Shown: one piece after another, positions 50,056 through 59,737 of the stretch
How the letters are laid out: each line of letters begins with the position of its first letter
How positions within the stretch are numbered: the first letter of the stretch is position 1
From: Thermoplasmata archaeon
Lineage (GTDB): Archaea; Thermoplasmatota; DTKX01; DATEUP01
DNA: 64,000 nucleotides
NCBI GenBank assembly: GCA_041485285.1
Contig: JBGPJF010000004.1
Span: forward strand, 24,468-88,467
Reading direction: 5' to 3'
Program-made: the position numbers and the translations under genes
Notes under the pieces: model-generated
Seen by the model: the letters and a program-made list of their open reading frames with translations, nothing else
The model's database searches: none
What the model was told of the DNA's origin: nothing

Positions 50056-51291
50056 GTGAAGGTTCCCCAAGCCCCTGAGATCAACATTGGCGTCGTGGGC
50101 CACGTCGACCACGGCAAGACGACGCTCACCAAGGCGCTCACGGGCGAATGGACGGACCGGCACAGCGAGGAAGTCAAGCGCGGCATCTCGATCAAGCTCG
50201 GCTACGCCGACGCGGCGTTCTACAGGTGCGAGAACGAGGAGGGCGCGAAGGCCTACTCGGTGAAGAGCGAGTGCCCGCACTGCGGCAAGCCCACGAAGCT
50301 CATCCGGACCGTCTCCTTCGTCGACGCGCCGGGCCACGAGACGCTGATGGCGACCATGCTCACCGGCGCGTCGCTGATGGACGGCGCGCTCCTGCTGGTG
50401 GCGGCCAACGAAAAGTGCCCCCAGCCCCAGACCAAGGAGCACCTCGTCGCCCTGCAGATCGCGGGCATCGAGAAGATCGTCGTCGTGCAGAACAAAGTCG
50501 ACCTCGTCACCATCGAGCGGGCGAAGGAATCGTACAAGGAAATCCAGGCGTTCCTCAAGGGCACCGGCGCCGAGAAGGCGCCGATCATCCCCGTCTCGGC
50601 GCACCACGACGTGAACATCGACGCGCTGCTCGAAGCGATCGACAAGACGATCCCGTCGCGCGAAAACGACCCGAAGCAGGCGGCGAGGATGTATGTCTCG
50701 CGCTCTTTTGACGTGAACCGCCCCGGCACGCGCCCGAGCGACCTGCGCGGCGGCGTGTTCGGCGGATCGCTGATCCAAGGGTCGCTCAAGGTCGGCGACG
50801 AGGTGGAGATCGTCCCGGGCCGCAAGGTCGAGGAAGAGGGCCGCACGCGCTGGGAAAACTTGCAGACAAAGATCGTCTCGCTCATGGTCGGCGGCCAGTC
50901 GGTCGCCGAGACCCACTCGGGCGGCCTCATCGCGGTCGGCACGGCCATCGACCCGGCGTTCACGAAGGCCGACTCGCTGGTCGGACGCATGCTCGGGCGT
51001 CCCGGCTCGCTGCCGAAGCAGATTCAGAAGACGACGATCGAGGCCCACCTGCTCGACTACGTGGTGGGCGCGGGCGAGGACATCAAGGTCGAGAAAATCC
51101 GGACCGCGGAGTTGCTGATGCTCTCGATTGGCGCGGCGACCGATGTCGGGACGGTCAAGGGGATGTCCGGCACGAAGATCGACCTCGACCTCAAGATGCC
51201 CGTGTGCGCCGAGCTGGGCGACCGGGTGGCAATCTCGCGGCGGTTCGGCGCCAGGTGGCGGCTGATCGGCCACGGCCTGATCCTCAAGTGA
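50056..51291 (+). CDS. eif2g: Translation initiation factor aIF2 subunit gamma
   Basis: GHVDHGKTT, KRGISIKLGY, DAPGHE, QNKVD, RSFDVNRPG, RWRLIG; GTG 50056. Confidence 0.97.
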   Translation: MKVPQAPEINIGVVGHVDHGKTTLTKALTGEWTDRHSEEVKRGISIKLGYADAAFYRCENEEGAKAYSVKSECPHCGKPTKLIRTVSFVDAPGHETLMATMLTGASLMDGALLLVAANEKCPQPQTKEHLVALQIAGIEKIVVVQNKVDLVTIERAKESYKEIQAFLKGTGAEKAPIIPVSAHHDVNIDALLEAIDKTIPSRENDPKQAARMYVSRSFDVNRPGTRPSDLRGGVFGGSLIQGSLKVGDEVEIVPGRKVEEEGRTRWENLQTKIVSLMVGGQSVAETHSGGLIAVGTAIDPAFTKADSLVGRMLGRPGSLPKQIQKTTIEAHLLDYVVGAGEDIKVEKIRTAELLMLSIGAATDVGTVKGMSGTKIDLDLKMPVCAELGDRVAISRRFGARWRLIGHGLILK

Positions 51292-51303
51292 GGGGGCGCG
51301 GCG

Positions 51304-51690
51304 GTGGGGGGAGCCGCGCCGCGCGAGCGCATCGTGCTTGTCGATGCAAACGGCCTCTTTACGGCCGCGAGGCTGCGGCTGGACATCATGAAGAAGTTGC
51401 AGAAGGCGGCGCCGGGGTGGACGGCGGTCGTCCCCGAGAGCGTGGTGCGCGAGCTCGAGGTCGTGGGGCACCGGAAGTTCGCAGGCGAAGCGCGTGCGCT
51501 CGCAGAGCGACTGCCACTACTCGCGAACGAAGGTCGGGGGGACGCCGCTATCCTCGCGGCAGCGGTCGCGGGCCCCAAGCGCGCGGTGCTTACGAACGAC
51601 CGGGCGCTGCGCGTGGCGTTGCGCGCCAAAGGCGTGCCGGTCTTGTTCGTCCGCGGAAGCGCGACGATCGAAGTGGACGGCGCCCTATAG
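51304..51690 (+). CDS. PIN domain protein (Fcf1/Utp24-like)
   Basis: LVDANGL, GDAAIL, LTNDRALR; conserved position after eif2g. Confidence 0.85.
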   Translation: MGGAAPRERIVLVDANGLFTAARLRLDIMKKLQKAAPGWTAVVPESVVRELEVVGHRKFAGEARALAERLPLLANEGRGDAAILAAAVAGPKRAVLTNDRALRVALRAKGVPVLFVRGSATIEVDGAL

Positions 51691-51722
51691 TTGCGTGCGC
51701 GACCCGCGGCCGCGCTCGATGA

Positions 51723-52232
51723 TTAGGCGGGTGGCGGCCCCAAGCGCTCCGAGATCTTGTGGTGGGCGAAGCGCATCAGCTGCCTAAGTTCGTGCACGTA
51801 TTCCCGCTCGGAAATGACCTTGCCAAGCGTCGGGCCATCGACGATTGCGCTGAGTTCGGGTCCCGCATCGAGGTACCAATGGAAGTCGGCAACGGACGGG
51901 TGCTTACGGTTGGCGCCCTCCGACCAATGACTGCGGGTGACCTGCGCGAAATGGATGCGGGCGCCAAGAGTTTCCCGACGGGAATAGTGCGTGGCGATCA
52001 CCCAGGTGGGTCCGAGTTCGAAGAAAGGAGAGGGGCGCGCCCGGTTTACCCAAGAGAGGAAGGGCAAACCGTTTGCCGCGTTTAGGGTCCCGAACAAGAA
52101 CAACCCCGCGATGGCGAGGTCCACAGCGGCGTCGAGTTCGTTCTCGGGCTCGCGGATTTCGACGCGGCGGATGCGACCGGCCGTGGGCGCGCCAGGGGGT
52201 GCGGATGCAGACGAATCGTTGCCAACTTCCAT
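51723..52232 (-). CDS. Hypothetical protein
   Basis: Fills a gap, one hydrophobic segment, codon usage looks atypical. Confidence 0.4.
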   Translation of the reverse strand: MEVGNDSSASAPPGAPTAGRIRRVEIREPENELDAAVDLAIAGLFLFGTLNAANGLPFLSWVNRARPSPFFELGPTWVIATHYSRRETLGARIHFAQVTRSHWSEGANRKHPSVADFHWYLDAGPELSAIVDGPTLGKVISEREYVHELRQLMRFAHHKISERLGPPPA

Positions 52233-52370
52233 GGGGGGCCCCGTCGCTGATGACTACGTGCCCGGCCTGATGAAGATTCGCGCGCGGTGAACCGCCGTCA
52301 TCCTCCTCAGCATTGAATAGCGAAGGCCCCGATGGCCGCCGGGCAAGCGCGCGCGGGAAGGTAGACGGAA

Positions 52371-52727
52371 GTGAGCGTGGCGGTGGCGGCGGTAAGTGAC
52401 ATGTTCTTCGCGTCAAAGCTGAAGGAAGCCGCCAAGGCGTCGGGCACCGAGCTTGTCTTCAGCAAGTCGCTTTCGGACACCGTCGAGAAGGCCGCCACCT
52501 CGAAGGCCAAGGTCATCCTCCTCGACCTGAACGGCGACGACTACTCGCGTCTCGATGCCGTCCGCGCCCTCAAGGCCGACCCGCGCACGCGTGGCGCGAC
52601 AACGATTGGCTACCTCTCCCATGTCATGACTGAGCTCAAGCTCGAGGCCGAGGCCGCCGGCTGCGACCGAATCCTCGCCCGTTCGGCCTTCGTGAAGCTC
52701 CTGCCGAGCCTGCTTGCCGAGGCGTGA
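52371..52727 (+). CDS. Stand-alone atypical receiver-domain protein
   Basis: VILLDLN (phosphoacceptor Asp), LKADPRT, YLSHV, AGCD; Arg where the conserved Lys is expected. Confidence 0.75.
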   Translation: MSVAVAAVSDMFFASKLKEAAKASGTELVFSKSLSDTVEKAATSKAKVILLDLNGDDYSRLDAVRALKADPRTRGATTIGYLSHVMTELKLEAEAAGCDRILARSAFVKLLPSLLAEA

Positions 52728-52792
52728 CCGCGCGGCTCAGTCAATTAGTTCCACCAATTTGATATAATAACGAACGGCGAGAAGAGAGCACG

Positions 52793-54199
52793 ATGGCCCC
52801 CCGCGCGGCGCGCCTCTGGATCGCGGCGCTTTTGGTTTGCCTGCTTGCGCCATCGCTTGCGGCCGCCGACGACCAGGGCAGCGTCGGCGCGACGGTGAAG
52901 CTCGACCAAAGCGCGCTGACCGCGAGCATGTATCACGTGACGGCGGATTTGCGGGTTCCATTCACCGGCACCGTCCACATCACGACGGACCGCGGACACC
53001 GCGTTGCCCTCACCCTGACGGTGGTCGGCGGCAGCTGGGTTTCCGACATCGCCCCCTCGCCGTTCCCGCCCTCGCAGACGACGACCGATGTCCGCGTCAC
53101 GGGGTGGGTCGAGGTGCCGCGCCAAGTCGCCGAAGGCGTCTACTCCCTAGCGCTGCGCGCCAGGGACAATGATACCATCTTCCCGATCGACACGCAGGCC
53201 CCGTTCACGGTCTCGGTCTTCCGCGGCCCGCTTGCGATCTTCCCCGCGGCCGAGGGGAAAACGCTCTTGCCGGGCGGCGCCGCCCGCTGGAACCTGACGC
53301 TGCGGAACCTTGGCTCGTTCGACTTCGACTTCGATGAGGCGTTCACGGTCCCGACCGGCTTCACCTATTCGGTCGTGAACCCGGGCATCCAGATCCTCAA
53401 CGCGGGCGACGAGGCGTACGTGCTCGTGACGGTCCGCGCGGGCGCGACGGTGATTGCGGGGGACTACACCTGGTCGGTCGCGGTCTCCTCCAGCTCGAAC
53501 CCCGAGGTCTCCACCTCCACCACCATCCCCTACTCGGTCGACCGCATTGTCGCGACGCCCCCCACGGGCACGCCTGACTTCCTCGGACAGTACTGGGTGG
53601 CGATCAGCATCGGCATGTTCGCGGTCGGAATCGTCGCGTACTTCTCGCTCACCGAAGTCGGGTACCTCGCCCTCTCGTTCTCCGTCCTCGTCCCCCTATT
53701 CACCCGCATCCGCCACGAGAAAGTCCTCGACAACTTCACGCGCGGGCAGATCTTCGGCTACATCCAGGCCAACCCCGGCGCGCACTACTCCGCGATCCAG
53801 CAGGTGCTCGACATCGAAAACGGGGTGCTGGCGTACCACCTGCGCGTCCTGCTGCGCGAGGAGTTCGTGGTGGCGCGCAACGAAGGCGTGTTCAAACGCT
53901 TCTATCCGCGCGACTACAAGATCCCGAAGGGCCGCACGCTGCTCACGCGCCTCCAAGTCGACATCCTCGAAGCGGTCGAGAAGTCGCCGGGCATCTCGCA
54001 GCGCGATGTCGCGTACGCGCTTGGCGAGTCGAAGCAGGTGATTTCGTACAATGTGGGCGTCCTGCGCGAGGCCGGCATCCTCAGCGGGGAGCGGCGCGGC
54101 CGCGAGGTGCTCCTGCGCGCCGTTGGCCCCACGAGCGGCAAGCGCGACCCCGAAGACGTCGCAGGCGCGACCGCCCCGTCCGACCTCACTTCGCTCTGA
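52793..54199 (+). CDS. Membrane-spanning regulator: exported Ig-like domains, TM, double wHTH
   Basis: Signal peptide; TM near WVAISIGMFAVG; PLFTRI..VLDNFTRGQIFGYIQANPGAHY...GVLAYHL; second HTH SPGISQ. Confidence 0.88.
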   Translation: MAPRAARLWIAALLVCLLAPSLAAADDQGSVGATVKLDQSALTASMYHVTADLRVPFTGTVHITTDRGHRVALTLTVVGGSWVSDIAPSPFPPSQTTTDVRVTGWVEVPRQVAEGVYSLALRARDNDTIFPIDTQAPFTVSVFRGPLAIFPAAEGKTLLPGGAARWNLTLRNLGSFDFDFDEAFTVPTGFTYSVVNPGIQILNAGDEAYVLVTVRAGATVIAGDYTWSVAVSSSSNPEVSTSTTIPYSVDRIVATPPTGTPDFLGQYWVAISIGMFAVGIVAYFSLTEVGYLALSFSVLVPLFTRIRHEKVLDNFTRGQIFGYIQANPGAHYSAIQQVLDIENGVLAYHLRVLLREEFVVARNEGVFKRFYPRDYKIPKGRTLLTRLQVDILEAVEKSPGISQRDVAYALGESKQVISYNVGVLREAGILSGERRGREVLLRAVGPTSGKRDPEDVAGATAPSDLTSL

Positions 54200-54392
54200 G
54201 ATCGCGGCCCGTCCAAGTGGGCCACCACTTTTCTTAATATAGCAGGCGCCCACGGCAGCGGTGCAGGAGCTTGAGCGCGTGCGAAATTTGACGCCTGGGT
54301 GGGACGGAAAAACGGCTGGAGTGCCTGGCCGACCGCCCCTCAAGGGTTAAATATCGTACGCACGATCGAGCGACCGCCAGGAGCCAATCCGT

Positions 54393-55301
54393 ATGCAAGC
54401 CAGCAAGAGAATTGCACAGACATCGATCGCGTTCATGGTTGTCGTCTCGGCCTTCCTGGCCCTCGTGCCTGCCGCATCGGCTCAGAACCCGGTTCCCGTC
54501 ATCGCCCTTACCCTGACGCCCGGCGAGCGCGTTGCTGAAATCACAGCGTCGTCCCCCAAGGCCGTTCAGTTCAACGGGAACGCAACGTTCGACAAGCTCA
54601 GCTTCGAGCGCGGGCAGGTCTCGATCTTGGCGACCGTGTCGACCGGGTGGGTTACGACCGTTTCGCCGGCCTCCATCACGGTCACGAACCAGCGCTCCAT
54701 CATCTACACGGTCACGGTCGTAGTCCCGGCGGGCGCGCTCGCGACCGAGATCGGGCAGCTGTTGGTCACCGGCCGCATCAGCGCGGGCGGGCTGCAGTCC
54801 CAAGCCCAGGCGCAGGCGATTGTCTCGCCGGCCGCCTACTTCCGCACGATCGCGTCCTCGACCACGCCGTTCATGGAGAGCGGGTACTCGACGCAGGTCG
54901 TCGCCGTGTTCAAGATCTACAATGAAGGCAACGTGCGCGACCAAGTCAAAGTCAACATCAAGAACCTCGAGGACCTCTCGGCGGCTCAATGGGTCGTCCA
55001 GATGTCGCGCACCTCGTTCACAATCGAACCCACCCTGTTCCAGGACATCCAGGTGACCATCGCGCTGCCGAAGGTGTGGCAGTTCACCTCGGACAACAAG
55101 GTCACCGTGATCGACCTCCAGGTCTCGTCGGGCGGCGCCGTGGAAGCTGGCGGCTCGTTCACCGACTCGCTCCCGATCTTCATCCGCACCGTCGGGTTCT
55201 CGGTGCCGGGCTTCGACGCGACCTTTGCCGTACTCGGCGTGTGCGCGGCGGCGCTGGGCGCGGGGATGGCAAGCGGAAAGCGCCGGCGGATCATCAAGTG
55301 A
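54393..55301 (+). CDS. PGF-CTERM surface protein (choice-of-anchor T-like)
   Basis: Signal peptide; C-terminal VPGF, hydrophobic helix, KRRR (archaeosortase A motif); TATA GGGTTAAATA at about 54344. Confidence 0.85.
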   Translation: MQASKRIAQTSIAFMVVVSAFLALVPAASAQNPVPVIALTLTPGERVAEITASSPKAVQFNGNATFDKLSFERGQVSILATVSTGWVTTVSPASITVTNQRSIIYTVTVVVPAGALATEIGQLLVTGRISAGGLQSQAQAQAIVSPAAYFRTIASSTTPFMESGYSTQVVAVFKIYNEGNVRDQVKVNIKNLEDLSAAQWVVQMSRTSFTIEPTLFQDIQVTIALPKVWQFTSDNKVTVIDLQVSSGGAVEAGGSFTDSLPIFIRTVGFSVPGFDATFAVLGVCAAALGAGMASGKRRRIIK

Positions 55302-55363
55302 GGGCGCGCTCCTCCTTGAAGGGCCAAACCACGAGCGGACGCTTTGGGAGTTGAACCGGACGG

Positions 55364-56494
55364 ATGTCGCGCAGCATCCACGACGAGGAAATCCTGCACG
55401 ATGACGAGCGTGCAAGCGACGCCGACGCCGCCATCGGCGCGTTCTCGAAGAAGACGATGACGATGCTCATCGTGGTGCTCGTCGTGGTCGGCGCGGTCGC
55501 GGGCGTCATCGTGCTCTTCTCGGTCGACGAGGGCGCCGCCCAGAGCGTCGTGCTGACCGGCCCCAGCCGCACCGACGACCTGCTTACCTTCGCGTACACG
55601 ATCAAGACGGACCGGGCCCCCGCGACGGGCGCGACGGCGCTCACCATCACCCACGACGGCGCCACCGTGCATTCGCGCAGCTTCGCGGCCGGGGGCGGCG
55701 GCGGGCGGATCGACGTCCACCTTGCGGAATTCACAGTGGCCAACGGCGACTACCTGTTCAAGCTCCAATACAAGGACAGGACGGGCACCGCCACGTACAC
55801 GATCGGGACGCCCGAGACCACGAACTTCATCGTGACGGCCATCGGCGCCCCGAGCGTGCCTCCAGGCGCTGAGGCGGCCACGACGGTCTACGGCGCCGGA
55901 GGCGGCGACGCGCACATCGGAGCGATCGCCTACTCCGTGTACTTCTTCAGCGACATCTCGGCAAACCTCCAGACAAAGGCCCCCCCGGGTTCGATGCTCG
56001 CGATGCAGGTGAGCAAGAATGGGATCGCCATTGACGTGCCCCTGAATGTGTCGGTCGAGGGCAAGACCTTCTACACGCACAATTTCACCGTGGGAGCAGC
56101 CGAGCCGGGCAATTTCACCGTGGATGCCACATTCACCAACCAGTGGGTCAAGCCCGACTCCCCCATCAAGACGCTCACGCTCTCGAACAGGACCTTCGTG
56201 CAAAACCGCCCCTACGCGTGCGTGGTGGGCTCGCCGTACCACGGCAACAACGCCAACAGTTACACGATAACCGCGGACGCAAGCTGCTCGCATGACGACA
56301 TTGCCATCGTCCAATTCACCTGGTATTTCGGCGACAACACCCAGCCGGTGACCAACGGCGCGATCCCCACCGAGACGCACACGTATCCGTCGAGCACGAT
56401 TTCGCGCAGCTACACCGGGTCCGTCTGCGCCTATGACACGCACTCCGGGGAGCCCGACTGCGTGGACTTCACGGTCACGACTTCGCAGACGTGA
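55364..56494 (+). CDS. N-terminally anchored exported protein with C-terminal PKD domain
   Basis: TM near the N-terminus; DASCSHDD..FTWYFGD..THTY. Confidence 0.8.
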   Translation: MSRSIHDEEILHDDERASDADAAIGAFSKKTMTMLIVVLVVVGAVAGVIVLFSVDEGAAQSVVLTGPSRTDDLLTFAYTIKTDRAPATGATALTITHDGATVHSRSFAAGGGGGRIDVHLAEFTVANGDYLFKLQYKDRTGTATYTIGTPETTNFIVTAIGAPSVPPGAEAATTVYGAGGGDAHIGAIAYSVYFFSDISANLQTKAPPGSMLAMQVSKNGIAIDVPLNVSVEGKTFYTHNFTVGAAEPGNFTVDATFTNQWVKPDSPIKTLTLSNRTFVQNRPYACVVGSPYHGNNANSYTITADASCSHDDIAIVQFTWYFGDNTQPVTNGAIPTETHTYPSSTISRSYTGSVCAYDTHSGEPDCVDFTVTTSQT

Positions 56495-56497
56495 CCA

Positions 56498-57247
56498 TCA
56501 GTCCGAAGGTGTAGCCGCTGCCGCAGCGGCCGCGTACAGGTCGCCCCTGCTCCCTTTTGCGCGGCCGAAGCGCTTGGCGAAGAGGAACGTGAGGTTCTTC
56601 CGCCCGTCGCGCCAGCTCGAGAGCACGGCCTCGCCGATGCGCACGCGGTAGTCGATTTGGACTTCGAGGGCCTTGCCCTTGCGCGCGCGGAACGCTTCGA
56701 TCTTGAGTTCCTCCGAGAAGGGCATCCCGTCGGCGGTGAGGGTGAGGTCCTTCAGCAGTTCGCGGCGGAACACCCACATGCCGCTCTGCGAGTCCTTGAT
56801 GGGCACGCGGAAGAGCACGCGCGTGGTGACGGAGAGCACGAAATTGCCGAACCGGTGCCCGCCGCTCATCGCTTCCTTGCGCAGGTTCGATAGCCGGTCG
56901 CACGTGATGAAGTCGAGGCCCGCGGAAACGAGGCGGTCTGCAAGTTCGCCGATGCGCTCCGCGGGGTAGGTGAGGTCGCCGTCGAGGGTGGCGATGAAGT
57001 CGCCTTTGGCCTCGAGGAAGCCGGTCTTGTAGGCGCGGCCGTAGCCTTTGCGGGGCTCGACGATGACGCGGGCGCCTTTGGCGCGGGCGATGTCCTGCGT
57101 GTTGTCGGCGGAGTTGCCGTCGACGATGATCACTTCGAGCACGCCTTCGGGGATCTCGTCGAGGACGCCGCCGATGGATTTGCCCTCATTCAGGGTGGGG
57201 ATGACCACGCTCGTGCGCGAGAGGGGGGTGCGCGCTGCGTCGGCCAT
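56498..57247 (-). CDS. Glycosyltransferase family 2 (dolichol-phosphate glycosyltransferase-like)
   Basis: VVIPTLNE, VDGNSAD, TLDGDLTYP, DSQSGM. Confidence 0.93.
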   Translation of the reverse strand: MADAARTPLSRTSVVIPTLNEGKSIGGVLDEIPEGVLEVIIVDGNSADNTQDIARAKGARVIVEPRKGYGRAYKTGFLEAKGDFIATLDGDLTYPAERIGELADRLVSAGLDFITCDRLSNLRKEAMSGGHRFGNFVLSVTTRVLFRVPIKDSQSGMWVFRRELLKDLTLTADGMPFSEELKIEAFRARKGKALEVQIDYRVRIGEAVLSSWRDGRKNLTFLFAKRFGRAKGSRGDLYAAAAAAATPSD

Positions 57248-57433
57248 CGCGCCCCGAGCGGCGGGCCGACTTTAAGGTTTAGGGGGCCGATGCGCGAAAG
57301 CGCAACCGCAGGACGGAATTCGGTAGCGAGAAGTCTGACCCGGTTGTCGTTTTGAAACGCACCAAAATGGGCACCCTTCTCCGTTTGCCCATCCCCACCG
57401 GTAGTGAGGGGCCTTGAACGACATCCTTAACAC

Positions 57434-57450
57434 CTATGGGTTCTACATAG
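57434..57450. promoter_or_regulatory. Probable TA operator palindrome
   Basis: CTATG-N7-CATAG between CTTAA and the antitoxin ATG. Confidence 0.45.
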
Positions 57451-57457
57451 TCCCTAT

Positions 57458-57658
57458 ATGGCGACACCCAAGGTAACCACAATCCAGCTCCCCCCAAAGG
57501 TGCGCGACCGCCTGAAGGGCTACGGGTTGAAGGGTCAGTCGTACGCCGACGTCGTCGTCCAGCTGATGAACCGCGTTGACTACGAGGAATTCATGGAACG
57601 GCAGTACCGGCGGCTGGCCAAGCGGAAGGACTTCACGCCGCTCGACGAGATCGCATGA
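57458..57658 (+). CDS. Antitoxin (RHH-like)
   Basis: TTIQLPPKVRDRLK...GQSYADVVVQLM; FTPLDEI tail; ATGA coupling to the toxin. Confidence 0.85.
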   Translation: MATPKVTTIQLPPKVRDRLKGYGLKGQSYADVVVQLMNRVDYEEFMERQYRRLAKRKDFTPLDEIA

Positions 57659-57930
57659 CGTTCCAGGTCTCCCTCCACCGGGAGGCGCGCAAATTTCTGG
57701 AGCGAGTTCAGCGGACGCAAGGGCAGCGAATCAAAGCCGGGCTCCGGGCGGTGGAGGTCGACCCCTTCACGCCGCGCTCGGGCGCAGACATCAAACGGCT
57801 CGACGGGACGCGCGGGCGCGACGACCTGTATCGGCTACGCGTCGGGAAATTTCGCGCGGTTTACCAGGTTGACGGCAGCGACGTCCTCGTCCCCGAGATC
57901 TGGGAGCGCGGCCACGGCTACGACATTTAG
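57655..57930 (+). CDS. RelE/ParE-family toxin
   Basis: DIKRLDG...LYRLRVGKFRAVY. Confidence 0.9.
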   Translation: MTFQVSLHREARKFLERVQRTQGQRIKAGLRAVEVDPFTPRSGADIKRLDGTRGRDDLYRLRVGKFRAVYQVDGSDVLVPEIWERGHGYDI

Positions 57931-57956
57931 CCACAGTGAGGGGGAGCGCACAGGAG

Positions 57957-59075
57957 CTAGTCCGTCCCAGGGGCGCCAGGGGCAGCGCCCGCGTCCCATG
58001 GGGGCGAGATCGCCGATGCCTTGGGGGCCTTGCCGACCAGCATCGCCGCGATCGCCGCCATGATCTCCTTGCGCACCCCATCGGCCCACGGCGAGAGCCC
58101 GCTGCCGCCGGACCCGCCGTTGGCGCTCCCCTCCGCGCGTTCAGCCGTGAACCCCGCGGCCGCGGCGTGGCCCCCGCCGTCCCACGCAACCCCGTGCGCC
58201 TTCGTCTTGAAGTCGCGGTAGAGCGCGCCGAGGTTTACGCCCGCCTCGGCCGCGCCGCGCGTGGCGCGCGAAGAGCCGCGCACCTTGCGGCCGTGCTCGG
58301 AGAAGGCGACGGCGATGTCCGCGCCGGCGGAGAGCAAAAGGACGGAGCAGTTCGATTCGAAAGCGGACACCACGGTCCAGGCCACGAACCACTCGCCGAC
58401 CTTTTCCCACTGGGTGCGCTGGAGCCCTTTGAGCTGCGCGGTAATCTCCGAGGGGTCGCGGTCGGCTTCCTCGACGAGCGCTCGGGCGAATTGGTAGGTG
58501 CCCGCCTTCGGCACGCTCGGCGCGCGGAAGAGTTCGGCGACCGACGCGAACACCTCCTCGTCGTTGTACTTGAACCGCCCCGTGTCGGTGAGGATGCCGG
58601 CAAGGAGCGCGACCTCCGCACGCTCGGTGACATGCGCGCCCGCGCGCCGCACGAGGAACAGGGCCATCTCGCAGGTCGCCTTGTACCGCGCGTCCGACCA
58701 GTAATAGGGCGTCCCCGCGAAGTTCGAGGGCTGGTGGTGGTCCATGAAGATCGCCGTGGCAAATTGCTGCGGGTCCTTGCAGTTGAGCTGCGACGCCGAG
58801 GTCGCGTCGCAGACCACGACGGTCTCGTACTCCTCGACGCGCGGGTTGATCGTGACCTTGATTCCGAGGGCGTCGACCACGCGTTGCGCAGACCTGTTGA
58901 GGCCTTCGAACGCGCCCACCGTCACGTGAGGGAACGCTTCTGCGAGCGCGACGGCCGCGCCGATTGCATCGGGGTCCGCGTTGACGTGGCCGACCGCGAG
59001 CGTCTTCTTCGAGGCGCGCAGGCGCGTGATGATGTGGTCGACGAGCGCCAGGTCTTCGTGCTTCGGTTCGCGCAA
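57957..59075 (-). CDS. DHH/DHHA1 phosphoesterase
   Basis: HVNADPDA, MDHH, ILTDTG, GGGHAAAAG. Confidence 0.92.
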   Translation of the reverse strand: MREPKHEDLALVDHIITRLRASKKTLAVGHVNADPDAIGAAVALAEAFPHVTVGAFEGLNRSAQRVVDALGIKVTINPRVEEYETVVVCDATSASQLNCKDPQQFATAIFMDHHQPSNFAGTPYYWSDARYKATCEMALFLVRRAGAHVTERAEVALLAGILTDTGRFKYNDEEVFASVAELFRAPSVPKAGTYQFARALVEEADRDPSEITAQLKGLQRTQWEKVGEWFVAWTVVSAFESNCSVLLLSAGADIAVAFSEHGRKVRGSSRATRGAAEAGVNLGALYRDFKTKAHGVAWDGGGHAAAAGFTAERAEGSANGGSGGSGLSPWADGVRKEIMAAIAAMLVGKAPKASAISPPWDAGAAPGAPGTD

Positions 59076-59191
59076 GGGAGGGTCGCTTCCTGATTAGGGG
59101 CCGCGCCTTGGGCGGCTTTGTTTCGCCTTCCATCGGCGGGGGGCCAATATGTAGTTTCGGCTGGATCGCCGGGTTGCGGAGGATGCCCATT

Positions 59192-59698
59192 TCAGGCGAC
59201 GTGGATGAACACACCATTTGCCCTTGACGCCGCCGCCTCGTAGAAATCGTGGAGCTGTCTTAGGTCGGCAAGGCAAATTGCATAGCTCTCTTCCTTGAGC
59301 TTCTGCCAGCGCACCTCTCCCGCCTGATCGTCGCGCGCAACATCCGTCGCGAAGACGATTCGGTGCACGGCCTTCTCCAGCGCGACGACCCGGTCCCTCC
59401 GTAGGCCCGCTGCGGCTTCGCGCACCTCGGCAGGCTCGAGGTGGCAGAGGCCGTCATCACGAGGGCGGGCCCTCGGCCCGGCGATGGCCAACCGCGCGCC
59501 GGCCAGCTCGTCGCCTGGTTGCTCGCACACATAGTCGTAAAGGAAACCGAATACCTTGTCAAAAGAGACGGATGGAAGGGGCTTTCCGCCGCTCCGCTCG
59601 AAGGCGGAGTAGTCCTCGTGCCGGGATGTCTCGATCCACCGGCGCAGGAGGGGCATTCGCGAAGCCTCGATCTCTTCGAAGTTGTAATTGATCCCCAT
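59192..59698 (-). CDS. Hypothetical protein, YfbM/DUF1877-like
   Basis: LEPAEVREAAAGL and LRQLHDFYEAAASRANGVFIHVA resemble the DUF1877 pattern. Confidence 0.55.
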   Translation of the reverse strand: MGINYNFEEIEASRMPLLRRWIETSRHEDYSAFERSGGKPLPSVSFDKVFGFLYDYVCEQPGDELAGARLAIAGPRARPRDDGLCHLEPAEVREAAAGLRRDRVVALEKAVHRIVFATDVARDDQAGEVRWQKLKEESYAICLADLRQLHDFYEAAASRANGVFIHVA

Positions 59699-59737
59699 CG
59701 CAAGCCCCCCGAAGTCGGGCCTTGGCGCGCCGGCCCG

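Noticed and set aside
52247..52290. Hammerhead ribozyme (CUGAUGA core)
   Set aside because: No stem II followed by GAAA and no flanking stems.
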